Positions 39,042-50,389 of a stretch of DNA of 64,000 bases are shown here, piece by piece. The stretch's first letter is position 1; every line of letters starts with the position of its first letter. Location: the NCBI GenBank assembly GCA_001643675.2, contig LSRY02000030.1, forward strand, positions 496,001 to 560,000, in the 5' to 3' direction. The notes below the pieces were generated by a model that was not told the DNA's origin, searched no databases, and worked only from the letters and a program-made list of their open reading frames with translations. The translations under genes were made by a program, and so were the position numbers. This stretch comes from Monocercomonoides exilis PA203. Lineage: Eukaryota; Protista; Preaxostyla.

Positions 39042-39139
39042 TATTATTTCGGAGCAAATCCTGTCTCACTGCGTTCTGTCAATTCGCAATAGAGCGAATA
39101 TATGAACGCAAGGAGCAGGTTTGCTCCTCAATAATGAGT
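39042..39139 (-). other. DIRS internal complementary region (ICR); second copy at ~57565-57661
   Basis: On the + strand ..TCACTGCGTTCTGTCAA|TTCGCAATAGAGCGAA.. is the element's 3' end joined to its 5' end, lying antisense to the element. Confidence 0.88.
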
Positions 39140-39588
39140 TCTGAAATCCCTCACTCTTTCTTCTCTTCTGATCTTAAACACTCCTGTCTAGCACCACATC
39201 GTGCGGCGGATGAATAGAGGGACTGCGGATGAAGGTGCGGACCTTGTCTCCACTCCCTCCCTTTCTTGGAATGTTTTCGGGGTGTCCTTGATCGGGTCTT
39301 CTGCACTTGAGCGGGCCTGACAATTTGTCCTATGCTTCTATCTCTGCGTTTCCTCCGATCAGTTTCAAGTTTTTTCTGTGAGGCAGTCCGTCTGCCCTCC
39401 GTCAGCTCCATAATGCTGCGGGGAATTATGGGGGGTGTCTCATCACCTTTAGGAAGTTGTGCTATATCACTCTCATGCTGCGAACTCCTCTCTCGAATTG
39501 TCCCTCGTCTCTTCGATCTCTTTTTCTTGCTCATATCCACTTCTCCCCCCGCTTGTGATGTTTCTTTAGGATACTCCTTTGTTTCAGA

Positions 39589-40440
39589 TTATGTATTCTC
39601 ATTTATAATATCCTCTCTTTCGCTATCCTTCTCAGACTTGTCTCCCTTTTCAGCACGGGGTACTGGGCTACCGATTGTCCCCAGGATCCAATTTGTGTCT
39701 TGAACAAGTAACACTGAATAATATTCCTGGTCCACTCTCGAACCTTGCTCCCATCTCTCATAAGCATTGATAGCCTTCCAGTCCGCTCCTTCTCGTCTTG
39801 CTAAGTGTGTAATCACTGCGTGTCTTATTGAGAACACCGTGAAAGTTTCGGGTATTCCGTTCTCTCTCAGAACAGCCGTTAACTCTTCCTTAATTTTCTA
39901 CAGATTAGCAGGCATGCTCCCTTCTATGTCAAACCGTACATGTTCATCCTTGAACGTTGTCTTTGTCAACTCCATCCAGCGTTGAAGCGCCTCCACTGCA
40001 TCGATACGTGGATTGGGGTGTTTCTTTATGATAATCTTAACCGTCTTTCCCCCTGATGTTTTTGTTTGAACTTGTGTCTGGACAAAATTATCTTTAAATT
40101 TCGATGTCTCACTTCTCATTCTCTCCAGCTCTACTGGCCTTTAAGCACCAAAAATCATAATGAGGATGAGGGCTATCTTCTGGAGTGTTTGTAGGTCTGT
40201 TATATCGTGGGTGGCTTCTGCCCATTTCGTGATGATTGTTAAGCCCCACATTGATTTGTATCGCTTGCCCCTTCTCGGCTTCTCCCCAACGTAACTCTTT
40301 AGAAATATATCTTTATCTTTCACATAAATCTTTATTTCTCTTAATAGGTTAATAAATTCCAGTACTTTCCGAACTGTCTGATAAATCAATTCACTTTACT
40401 GGTTAGTATTCGAAAGTGTTTTTGTGAACTCTGCCATGAT
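39589..40440 (-). pseudogene. Tyrosine recombinase of the DIRS element (stops at 40141 and 39898); identical copy at ~56265-57114 (+)
   Basis: ALILIMIFGA*RPVELERM (first catalytic Arg), QTKTSGGK (Lys), FSIRHAVITHL (H-x-x-R equivalent), RWEQGSRVDQEYY (Trp, Tyr). Confidence 0.85.
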
Positions 40441-40879
40441 TTATTTGACATCTTTGGTTGCGAGAGGGTCAGTGTCATTTATGCCTTCTCAATCCAAGAA
40501 TTGCTAAAATCTTTTCAGCGCTCTTCATATATCTTTTTCACTTTTCTGATTTTTCAGTATTGTTGCTGCTATGTCCTTTGCTCCAACGCATTCTCCCCAT
40601 GTTAAGAAGAGATCCCTTTTCTGTATGTTCTCTTCTCCAGCGTAATGCTTATTACCTCTCCTGGGGGTAATTTCCAGTCATCATTTCTCATCTCTTTTGA
40701 AGTCAATCCAATGTTTCTCAATATCGAACTAGTTCAATCTCGTTTTTAAACAATTCCTTCTTTCTCTTCCTTTTCAAAGAGGATAGTCTCCACATATTTC
40801 TGCAGGGCACCGAAGCAATCGGGTCTGAAATTGAATCAAGTCTTCTCGGTGCGACTATTTGCAATATCTCTGTGACTTT

Positions 40880-42400
40880 TTCCACTCTCAGTGCATGGTC
40901 CGACTTTCTCGCCATACGGCTGAGTAAATATGCCTCCGTGTTCTGCTCTCACGGGAGGTGTTCCGTTTGTATTGTCATGTCCAGGCTGTTCAGTTTCTTC
41001 TCCAATGCTCTCAGTGTTGGAATGAGCGATGGAGCTCCCCTCTTCTTCTGAATTGTCCATCTCGTGGACATGTTGTCTGTCCTCAGACAGATGTGGTCTA
41101 TCTTCTGTTGTTTGCAGCCATGCTCCCTATCTTTCTCGTGTCTTCAACACTGCTCTGGACTCATTCTCGTCTGTCGCTAACGCGCTCTCCTGATGGGTCC
41201 AACTTCCATGGACAAAAATCTTCTCCTCCTTGCTCTTTGTCTGTGCTGTTAACACTGCACCCCATCCCAGCTCTGACGCGTCTGTCATTAACTCTGCTGG
41301 TCTGTTTCTTCTCTTCAGACTCCTTGGTCTGATCTCTTGCAGGATCTTTCTTCAATGTGTTTATTCTCCCAGTATCATTGGGTTGACTGTAATTGTTCCC
41401 TTCCAGTCACCGCGGGCTATCGCCTGACTCAGCCCATATTGCATGCGCTTCATCCACAAGCTCGCTATTTGGTGCTTCAGCCTCACAAAATTCAGTCTCC
41501 CGAGGAGTTCTGCTAAGTCTCTCGTCTTTTGTCTCCTTCTTTCCTTTGCATGTGCTATCCATGTTCGCACATCCTCTAGCGGCAGCACTCTCTTCCTCTA
41601 TTGGAGCGTCACTTCTATCTTCTCTGAATTCCACAGCCATCCCAAAAATTCCGCACTCCTTGTGTGTTCCAATTTCAGTTTCTCCTCCGATAGTATCCAG
41701 CCCAGATTCCTCAGGAACAGGGCTATCTCCTGTGAGATCTATCTCAAAACTTCCCTGTCTGGGTGCATGAAGAGGATGTCGTCCAGATATATCACCAGCT
41801 TAACCTTCCAATGTTCTCTGATATATGACGCTGCCCGTCTCATAATTTTTATAAGTTCTCTGGGGGATCTTTCGCTCCAAAATGCATCCCCACGTAGGCG
41901 TAGCAGTGACTTTGAAAGCTGAAGCACAGATAGGGACTGAACTGTTCGTCCAATTTGACATGCTGGTATGCACTCGATATGTCCAGAGTGGTCATCCAAT
42001 CGTTCTCCTCCAGGAGTTCCACCACTGTCTCCTGGTAATCCATCTTGAAGTGCTTTCCCTGCACTTCCTCGTTTGGAGCTCTGCAGTCCAAGATCTTTCT
42101 CCACTTTCCATTCTTCTTTATCACCATGAATGTCGGGTTGAACCACTTCACCTCCGACTCCTGTATGGGCTTCACCACTCCGTCCTTCAATTCTTCCTCC
42201 AAGAGGGATAAATGATTGTTCGTCATCTCCTTCGTCCCTCGAAAATCTTGTCTGTGATTTTTCTTCTCGAGTGAAATTGGGGAGTGGGGACTTTTCCATC
42301 GGGCTTTAATACCACGGCTCACAAGTTTGTCTCCCCCAATCTTCTTCCACTCGCTCAGCCTGTTCACTTGTCTCCCCGGAAGTGGTTCCCTCAGTGGTCC
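40880..42400 (-). pseudogene. Reverse transcriptase-RNase H of the DIRS element, frameshifted
   Basis: WFNPTFMVIKKNGKWRKILDCR, LDISSAYQHV, GMHFG then frameshift to SPRELIK..IYLDDILF, in-frame TAG at 41739, EFLGWLWN, LLGRLNF; RNase H remnants LRTDN and TEAYLLSR near 41090-40915. Confidence 0.9.
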
Positions 42401-42589
42401 ACTCGCTGCACTCTCCATCACTTCTGGTATCTTGTGGCCAGGCTGCATCTGTGTATTCCCTTCTCCTTCGAGAGTATCTTCAATAGCTGTCTTCGAGCTC
42501 ACCTCCAGAGCAGTCCCAGTTGGGGACTCTGAAACAGTCCCAGAAACTCTCCAAACTATCTTCTCGTTCCTCATCTCACTCATCTGTCT

Positions 42590-44145
42590 CATCACTCGGG
42601 AATATGTGGAGTCTTCTTCAGTTGTGTCGTATCGAGTTGCGTATCTTTTCTCAATTTCTCCATCACGCGATTCCATGTAGTTTCTTGTTCTCTCTCCTTC
42701 CTTTGGTCTAACGAGCTCAGAGTCTCTCTGACGTTCACCTGTTGTTTTGATACTTCAGTCTCTGATCGCTTCTCGCCTGGAGCTACGGTTTCTCGTTGTA
42801 TATTCATTTCGCTGCAATTTGCTTCTCTCTCTCCTCTCTCGGTCTAGCGGCTAACCTCGTCTCTCTCTTCTCTCTCTACTCTCTCTTCCCTTTTCCTCAC
42901 TAATCCTGTGCACATTATCTCTTTCCGAAAGTCGATTCCACAGCTGTTCCCCATTTAGTACTTGGAGGAGCTGATGGCAATGGTCCAATGATAGGGGCTG
43001 ACCTCCCAGCGAATGTTGGAACAAACTGGGACTGGAACTGGGGTGTTCTCTTCTTTCCTTTGAAGTCTGTGAAGCTCCTGCCGTATCCTCTTCTCTGGAG
43101 CTGTCTGTATACAAATCCTTGGGTGCTTCTTCCCGAACTGTATCTTCTCGTAAGTCCACCTCTGACTGTTGTGGGTCCGAAACCTGTTGGAGAGTCGGGA
43201 GATGCACCGTATCCTGCTGCATCTCCCTCTGCTTGAAAAAAGCTTGTGCTCTCCACGAGTTTTCTCAGGTTCTCCGGCACTTCCTTAGACATTCATCCTT
43301 CTAGAAAGCCTTTCGCACTTTCCCAACTCGATTGGGGAATAACCTTTAGTAGGTTAATTCTGCTGATACAGTCGGCGATAAGCGCATAGGAGCAAAACAA
43401 TCCTCTTAGTCGTTCCTTCTCCTCTTCCATGAGGTGCGTTTTCTCCAATTCCTTAACCGTGAGGGCGGCGATCGCTTTCGCTGCTTCGAAGCCCGATTCC
43501 AGGGCAGGCTGGAGGAGTTCGATTGCTCGACTAGCCTCTGGTGAGTCTCTTCTCCCCTTCGTTGAAATAGCTGTCCTAGCTAGCGCGTTCCAGCTTGTGT
43601 CTGTGTGTCTGTGAAAAACTCCATCTCGCTCTCTGGAATAAATGTATTCAATATGTCATCGCTCATTCTTATCGAGTCAGCTTTGCAAAACTCAATAAAC
43701 TTCCTCAACTCACCAACCTGTTTCATGGATATCAGCCATTCCCAAGGAAAAATTCTGGAAAAGTCTCGTGAGCTTTCTTCTTCTTCCCACAGCTGTTGCT
43801 CTTCTGAAACCCAATCACTGTCATCTTCATCCTCCAATCTCCTCATCCGGCTGTATGTGCAATGTCCTTTCTCAGGCTGTCCTTGTTTCCCCCTCGCGAT
43901 CACATCAATAAAATTTGAATCTTACTCAGGCTATCTCGATCTCGATCTGCTTCTTCTTGTAAGTAGTTCCCTCTTAACTTTCTTCATTGGCAACACTCCC
44001 GTTGATCCGGACTGCATTGGCCATGTTCAGCTCCTAGCGAATTCTTCAATCATGTTTTCTACTCTTGAAAGTCTATGTGCAAGATCAAATCTTATGTCCT
44101 CGCTGTCGCTGTTTGGCATTCAAACAGGTTTTTGTTCCATTTCAA
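42590..44145 (-). pseudogene. gag-like ORF1 of the DIRS element, fragmented
   Basis: Charged/Arg-Gly-rich ORF pieces (43580..43903, 42915..43292, 42592..42807) between the 5' terminus and RT; assigned by position only. Confidence 0.55.
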
Positions 44146-44755
44146 ATGCGGACAATGATGTTCAAGAAAATGTGAGCATTGGAGAAGTTTGATCTAAAAC
44201 AACCCATAAATCGTAATCAATTCTCATTATTGAGGAGCAAGCCTGCCCCTAGCATTTGTTGATTCACTCCATTGCGAATCATCATAAATACATTAAAAAA
44301 ATTAAAAGTTGAAAGAATTGTCAATCAACTTATCGAAAGGAACATAAAATATTTGTCTGTCTCAGAGGCTTAAATATTAATAGCATTAAAAATATATATT
44401 TGCATATTCATCACTTTTTTTTTCGATCAACCAGACTCTTTACGCAAATATTTTTTGATAACACTTCGTTATTTTTCATGATAAAAAAAGGAAAATCAGT
44501 CATATGGTTGTTTTTAGTCATTCCCTCACTCAAACATATAAATATAAGTCATTTTCATTTTCAAAAAATTGGTACAAGTCATTTGAAAGATTTCAATGAA
44601 GAATTAAAAAGAAGAGCATTTCACAACATTTGAAGTTGAAAGTTTCATTCGATCATTGCTAACTTCTTCAATTACAAAGAAAATGCTAATATTTCCAGAG
44701 AAAATAAAAATGACCAGAAGAAGAGACGGAATAAATAAATAAATTTCCAGGATGA

Positions 44756-45430
44756 TTGAGATATATTTTGTTGAGCTGGATAAAAAGAGAAGAAATGAAT
44801 TTAAGGAGGTTGTTTGGAGGAGAAGGGAGGATGGGGCGGACGAGGAGTGAGAGAGAAGGTGGGGGAGGAAGAGGAGGAGGAGGATGGGGAAGAGGAAGCG
44901 GAAGAGGTAAAGGAGGAGAGAGAGGAGGACAACGAGGAGGTGGAGGAAGAAGAGGTGGAGAAGGAAGAGGAAGCGAAGGAAGAGGAGAAGAAAGTGGAGA
45001 AGGTGGGAGTGTATTGGTGAGTGGGTCAGATTTCTCATCTTTTTGTGTGTCTTCAGACCCGTTTCTGGCACCGCCTTTGATACCCCTTGTGACACTCACC
45101 CGACTGACCTTCTTCAACATCTCCACAGATCCACAGAAAACAACACATCTGGGTGAAGGGTTGGGCCAAACATCATTTCTGATGAGTGGGTGTGAATTTG
45201 TATCAGTGTGGGATGTGTATGATGGGGGCATTGTCCCCTCGCTCAACAGCCCCTCATCTTCCTTGGATGCCTCGAACACCTCGTTTGTCATGTGCTATCG
45301 ATCACAGAATGTTGCAATCAGCGGGAGTGAAGGGAATCCATCGAAACTAGCGAGACAGCAGAATTCAGATAATGGGACGAATTCGTTAACTTGGTGTGTG
45401 TGGAATGGGTCAAAAACTGCGGGAGCAGCA
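44756..45430 (+). pseudogene. Truncated fragment of another beta-helix-family surface protein gene preceded by a GGA/AGA-rich tract
   Basis: SVLVSGSDFSSFCVSSDPFL..LTFFNIST..MSGCEFVSVWDVYDGGIVPSLNSPSSSLDASNTSFVMC resembles the N-terminus of the 27230 gene (VKGCEFNSVSNVYYGGIVSSINSRGTSLCAFNSSFGSC); similarity ends abruptly near 45430. Confidence 0.65.
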
Positions 45431-46501
45431 AATTATGAGACAATTCACTTGAAAACTGGGCATCAATGGGCATGTGTGTTTTGTCATCATAAACGCTTTC
45501 GGAAAAATATGGCTCATTTATTTAAAAAACAGAATGATCCAAATTGTTGTTTCAGTTTTTTGAGAAAAGCATAATTATCAAAAAATGAAAAACAAAAGAG
45601 AATAAAAATCAAATATAGCAAGCATCGTGAATGGATAAATTACGAATCCTAAGTGAATTGTCAGTCAACTTAAATCGCATTAAGCATGGATGCAAGTTTC
45701 CGAAAATTTTCATCTTTTACCCACATAAGATTGCTTGCAATTTGAAATCAAAGAGTTTTGTCTGCTTTTTTATAAAAACAAAATGTTTCGAAATTCGATA
45801 TGAAAAAGAAACTCACCGACAAAATATGAAGAAAGAAGAAGTTTTCAAACAAATTAAGTTGGAAATCAAATCACAATTTTGCAAATAAAAATGAATTAAA
45901 AGTCATGAGCTCTTTTCATAAAATAATTTTTGATATTATTTTCGAATGCAACAAATTGATAACTTTTTATCACTATTGATAATCATTTGCTTTAGAAATT
46001 AATTCTATTGACTTTCAATAAACAATTATCAAAGTCAATATTTCATCAAAAAAGAATTATCTCAATAATGGTTTCCTATATTCATTCTTTTTTAATAACA
46101 AGGATCAAAAGTTAATTTCAAAAGCACAAACTTTTTATTTGAACGACAAATGCACGATGAGTCAAATAGCATTTCAAAAAATGAAAATTTATTGAAAAGT
46201 TTTGCTAATATATTCATCAAAGACTGAATACAGCCTTGATGATGATAATAGTGCGTGGAATTGTGCCACAAAAATAAAATAAACAAATTAATTATATCAA
46301 AAGATAAAGGAAAAGAAAAGAAAAGAAGGAAATAGATGAAAGATTGCATGTTTGTTATCAACAAACAAGCATAATAAAAATCAAAAACTTCAGCATCACG
46401 GGTTTAACTTAATTAAAAATAAAAAGAAAAAAAAAAAAATAAGCCTTAAACTTTTTTAATATAGCACATCAGCAACAATTAATGTTCTGACTTTTCTTTT
46501 T

Positions 46502-49500
46502 TTAGTTGCGAGACCTCTTCTTCCTGACAACAACAATTACAATAATCACCACAACCACAACAATCACCACAACAACAATTGGAACCACAATTGCAACAAT
46601 TGTTCCAGCACTCATCTTCTTCTTTTCTGGTTCTGACTCCTCTTTCTTCAAGTATTTCTCATACACATCTTCAAGGTCAGATTTTTCATCTTTTGCTCCC
46701 ACGATCCATCCTTTGTTATCATTGTTGTAATTCTTTGCAAACCCAAATGCATTTTCTTGTTTACAAAAGTTTTCAAAATCTTCAGCAATAATGCACAACG
46801 ATGCAACTGATGAATCTTTCCCTTTGTTTGTGCTGTCAATATCAAGATTTCCTTCAGCTGGAAGTTTCAAATGATCAACTGCTTTTTTCACCTCAATGAA
46901 AATTGCACCTGCCTTTCCTTCAGCTGCGACACACGACTTGAACGTGCATTTCTTTTCTTTTCCCATTTCCACTATTGAATCCCCATCAACCATCTTCATC
47001 AATATTCCTGCAGTAAATCCGCTTTGTGATGTCACGCCATTCATGGTCAACCCTTCAATTTCGACTTTCATTGCTTTATCAGTAGCATCTTGAATGCTAA
47101 CTGCCGCTCCATCCATCACTATCACTTTATTGATCTCAACTGTGTCTAATTTCACAGATGATGCTCCATTAACTTCGAATAACGGTTTCAAGAAACATGC
47201 TTCATTCTTCTCATCAGTGCATTTCACATCTCTCATTTCTAATTCTCCAGCTTTGACATTTGCAATCTGGATCATTGCAGCAACAACATCATTTGTCGGT
47301 GCAACTGGCTCTGGTCTGACAAATTTGCAGTTCGCAACGATCAACTTAGCATCTGCTCCATCAACAACAATCAGTGAATAAATTTCTGGTTCATCATTTA
47401 ATGAAGCTGGAGGATCAATCGGATACAACGACAATGGATACAAAAATGAAACACTTCTGAACTCAACTTTTTTCTTGCATGTGAACAAATTTCCTCCATT
47501 TTTGGCATCACAATCAAGTGTCACTTCTTCTTCAACTTCTTTTGTCGTTTTGGTACTTTCATCTTTAACTTGATTCACTCCAACAATCGTAACTTCTTTT
47601 TCGAATGTCACAGCTTCTGCTTTAAGAATCTTTTCAGCATCTTCTTCCTTTATTATTTTGATCATATATCCAGAGATGCTTTTCTTTGTAATTAATTTAT
47701 CATACGCAGCTTTAATGCTACCCATTGGAGTTTCATATGTTTCTCCCTTTTCATCACTTCCATCTTTCTTCACATATGCAATTGCTGGATCAAAGTACTT
47801 TGAGGTGAAGTCAACATCTCCATCTTCACTGTTGGCAACAATATTCCAGTCATTTGTTCCTCGTTCATATCCTGTTGCAAAACCATCTTTCATTTCAATT
47901 GCAATTTCTTCATGAAGGGCAACTGGCACATCCAAATATATTCCTGTACTCTTTTCGGAATCTCCTTTACCTGCTGTGCACTCAGTGAATTTAAAATTAT
48001 TTTCAGTTTTTGGCCATTTCAATTGGTCTGCTTTTTCAATATTTGTCATTTTCAGATACAAAGCACCTGACTTTCCTTTTGCACAATTACATGATACAAA
48101 TGATGTTGGGTATGTCTCTTTCACTGTAAATGTGCTCCCTTTATTTTCACATTCAACAAACAATGCTCCGCTTGTTGCTGTTGATTCATCACTTGAACTG
48201 CAACTTGCAAATGAGCAACCATCTAACACAACTTTAACAGCTGTATCAGCTTTTCCCACTATCTTCACTACAGCACTCTCTTTTGAAGTCAACTTTTCAA
48301 TGTCCAGCAAGGTTAATGAAACAGCACTCACACTTTCAATTAAAAATGGTGATTTTGAAAATAAAACAGCACCAAACTCATCTTCTAACACATTTGGGCA
48401 CCCAACCATATTCATGGTCAGAGTCCCTGCACTCATTCTTACAAGATGGATTTTCACCTCATCGCTATCCTTAATGTCTGTTGATGGACTAAATATGCAA
48501 GTGTCAATAGTCAGAGATGTTGATTCCGAATCTGCATGAATAAGTGCCAATGTTCCATCATTTGACATAGCTGTCCCCTTTTTCTCAAATGATAATGGGA
48601 ATGTCATTTTCAACTTTTTGAATGCAACAGCTTTCTTGCACGTGAATAAGTCTTTTCCTTCAGTTCCTTTTCCAGATGCGCAATTAACTTCCACAACCAT
48701 TTCAGACTGAACATTATCAAGATACCCTTCAATTGTCACTAAAGTTGCTTTATCAAATGTGTTCACCTCTGCAACCAATGCCGCCACTTGTTCATCAGCT
48801 TTCATAATCTCAATACAGTAACCATCTTCGCTTGCTTCAGTTAAATGATCATAGGCTTCTTTTATGTTGGCCCATGGTTTTGAATCTGTTCCTTCTCCTC
48901 CAGTTGCCCCACTTTTGACATAAACAGTTTTCACATCCTTTGGAGCTGGGTCAATGTACTTTGAAACAATATCTTCATCTTCATTTTCTGTTTTTTTTGC
49001 CATTATATAATTTTTATTTGTCGTTCTCACATAACTATGTGCAAAGCTCGCTTTCATTGCAGTTGCAATTGCTGCATGAAGAGATACTGGAACATCCAAA
49101 TATAATGCTGTCATCGTCAATTTTGTTTCATCTCCAACAGCACAATATACAAATTGTAAATTGTTTTCCGTTTGAGGCCATGATAACTTATCAGCGCTCT
49201 CTAATGATGTCATTTGAAGAAAAATTGCACCTGCTTTTCCAGTTGGGGTCGTGCACCCAACAAAATTTGTTGGATTTGTATTTTTAACAGTGAATGTACT
49301 CCTCTCATTCACACTCTCCACGTGTAATGCACCGCTAAGACCTTCTGCTGAGACAACCGTTGAAAATTGACAACTGTCCAATGAAATTGATAGTGCATCA
49401 TTGTTTTTTCCAACAACCTTGATCACAGCACTTGGAAGTGATCCCATCATTTGTAAATCTAATGAGGCCAAATTGACAGATGTGACTCCCTCAATTAAGA

Positions 49501-50194
49501 ATGGTGTAACAGTGAACATTATCATGTTTTCTTCGTCACTGCATTGAACATCACTCATTTGCAACTCTCCTGCTTTAACATTAACAAGATGTATTTTTGC
49601 CATTGAATCTGCTGGAATAACATCAGGACGTTTAAACTTGCAACTTGTAATTTTCAACAAATTTGAATCGTCTTCAGCCGCGATCAGTGAAAGCGTATCA
49701 GTTGTTTCCGCAGATGCCAATGAAAAAGGGAAGATGAATGAAATCTTACTCAATTCAACTGTTTTCCTACACTTTATCAGATCATCTGTTGCTTCAATTT
49801 TGCAATTTAACTCCACTTCAGCTTCATCCTCTGAATTATCTGCTTCCTTTATGGCTACACCAACAACTTTCACTCCGATTTGTTTGTCGAATGTTATTGA
49901 TTCAGCTGGTTGAGGATCTGCTGTTTTAATTATTTTTATTGTATATACTGCATCGCTATCTTTGCCATCGAATTTTGTATATGCCGTGTTCAACGTTTTC
50001 ACTGGACTTTCCTTTGTCCCTGTTCCTGAATCATCAATAGCACTTCCTTTTACATATATAGGTTCAACTGTTTCTGAATTAATGGAAAGAGTAATTTGCA
50101 ATAATACAAATGTTAAAAACATTAAAGTTGATGTTCTTATCTCAGAACAATTAAAGATCCACACAAACATAAATTGCATTGAAATTATTGTCAT
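46502..50194 (-). CDS. 1,230-aa type I membrane protein with three ~390-aa beta-helix-like repeats (adhesin-like)
   Basis: Intact ORF with TAA stop; hydrophobic N-terminus; repeats begin IYVKGSA..GTKESPVKTLNTAY, VYVKSGA..GTDSKPWANIKEAY, AYVKKDG..GETYETPMGSIKAAY; C-terminal TM IVAIVVPIVVVVIVVVVVIIVIVVV plus short basic tail. The true start may be a downstream Met. Confidence 0.9.
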   Translation of the reverse strand: MTIISMQFMFVWIFNCSEIRTSTLMFLTFVLLQITLSINSETVEPIYVKGSAIDDSGTGTKESPVKTLNTAYTKFDGKDSDAVYTIKIIKTADPQPAESITFDKQIGVKVVGVAIKEADNSEDEAEVELNCKIEATDDLIKCRKTVELSKISFIFPFSLASAETTDTLSLIAAEDDSNLLKITSCKFKRPDVIPADSMAKIHLVNVKAGELQMSDVQCSDEENMIMFTVTPFLIEGVTSVNLASLDLQMMGSLPSAVIKVVGKNNDALSISLDSCQFSTVVSAEGLSGALHVESVNERSTFTVKNTNPTNFVGCTTPTGKAGAIFLQMTSLESADKLSWPQTENNLQFVYCAVGDETKLTMTALYLDVPVSLHAAIATAMKASFAHSYVRTTNKNYIMAKKTENEDEDIVSKYIDPAPKDVKTVYVKSGATGGEGTDSKPWANIKEAYDHLTEASEDGYCIEIMKADEQVAALVAEVNTFDKATLVTIEGYLDNVQSEMVVEVNCASGKGTEGKDLFTCKKAVAFKKLKMTFPLSFEKKGTAMSNDGTLALIHADSESTSLTIDTCIFSPSTDIKDSDEVKIHLVRMSAGTLTMNMVGCPNVLEDEFGAVLFSKSPFLIESVSAVSLTLLDIEKLTSKESAVVKIVGKADTAVKVVLDGCSFASCSSSDESTATSGALFVECENKGSTFTVKETYPTSFVSCNCAKGKSGALYLKMTNIEKADQLKWPKTENNFKFTECTAGKGDSEKSTGIYLDVPVALHEEIAIEMKDGFATGYERGTNDWNIVANSEDGDVDFTSKYFDPAIAYVKKDGSDEKGETYETPMGSIKAAYDKLITKKSISGYMIKIIKEEDAEKILKAEAVTFEKEVTIVGVNQVKDESTKTTKEVEEEVTLDCDAKNGGNLFTCKKKVEFRSVSFLYPLSLYPIDPPASLNDEPEIYSLIVVDGADAKLIVANCKFVRPEPVAPTNDVVAAMIQIANVKAGELEMRDVKCTDEKNEACFLKPLFEVNGASSVKLDTVEINKVIVMDGAAVSIQDATDKAMKVEIEGLTMNGVTSQSGFTAGILMKMVDGDSIVEMGKEKKCTFKSCVAAEGKAGAIFIEVKKAVDHLKLPAEGNLDIDSTNKGKDSSVASLCIIAEDFENFCKQENAFGFAKNYNNDNKGWIVGAKDEKSDLEDVYEKYLKKEESEPEKKKMSAGTIVAIVVPIVVVVIVVVVVIIVIVVVRKKRSRN

Positions 50195-50389
50195 TTATGG
50201 TTCATTGTATACTTTGTATTTTTGTTCTCAAAGGTTAGTTGTGATTATTTTTTTCAATTTGATAAGAATAGATATTTTCTGACATTCTTCACACAAAAAA
50301 TATTCCTGATACGAGAACAATTCCTGAAAATCATTATCTCATTTTTGACTTTCAAATTCTTGTTTTTCTCCTTTTTTTTATTCGAACAA

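Larger units (their letters stand above)
35336..40896. repeat. Left arm of a ~5.6-kb near-identical inverted segmental duplication
   Basis: Identical ORFs mirror across the window (36468/60231, 38497/58207, 40141/56562, 40458/56245; coordinate sums 96699-96704). Confidence 0.92.
38382..44278 (-). mobile_element. DIRS1-like tyrosine-recombinase retrotransposon, near full length (5.9 kb), degenerate
   Basis: Order gag-like, RT (YLDD), RNase H, YR. 5' terminus TTCGCAAT.. at 44278, 3' terminus ..GCGTTCTATCAA at 38382; the termini share an inverted motif; an internal complementary region at 39042-39139 matches both ends. Confidence 0.9.

Noticed and set aside
43605-44192. 195-aa plus-strand ORF
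   Set aside because: Antisense to the DIRS gag-like region, Ser/Leu-rich, no motifs.
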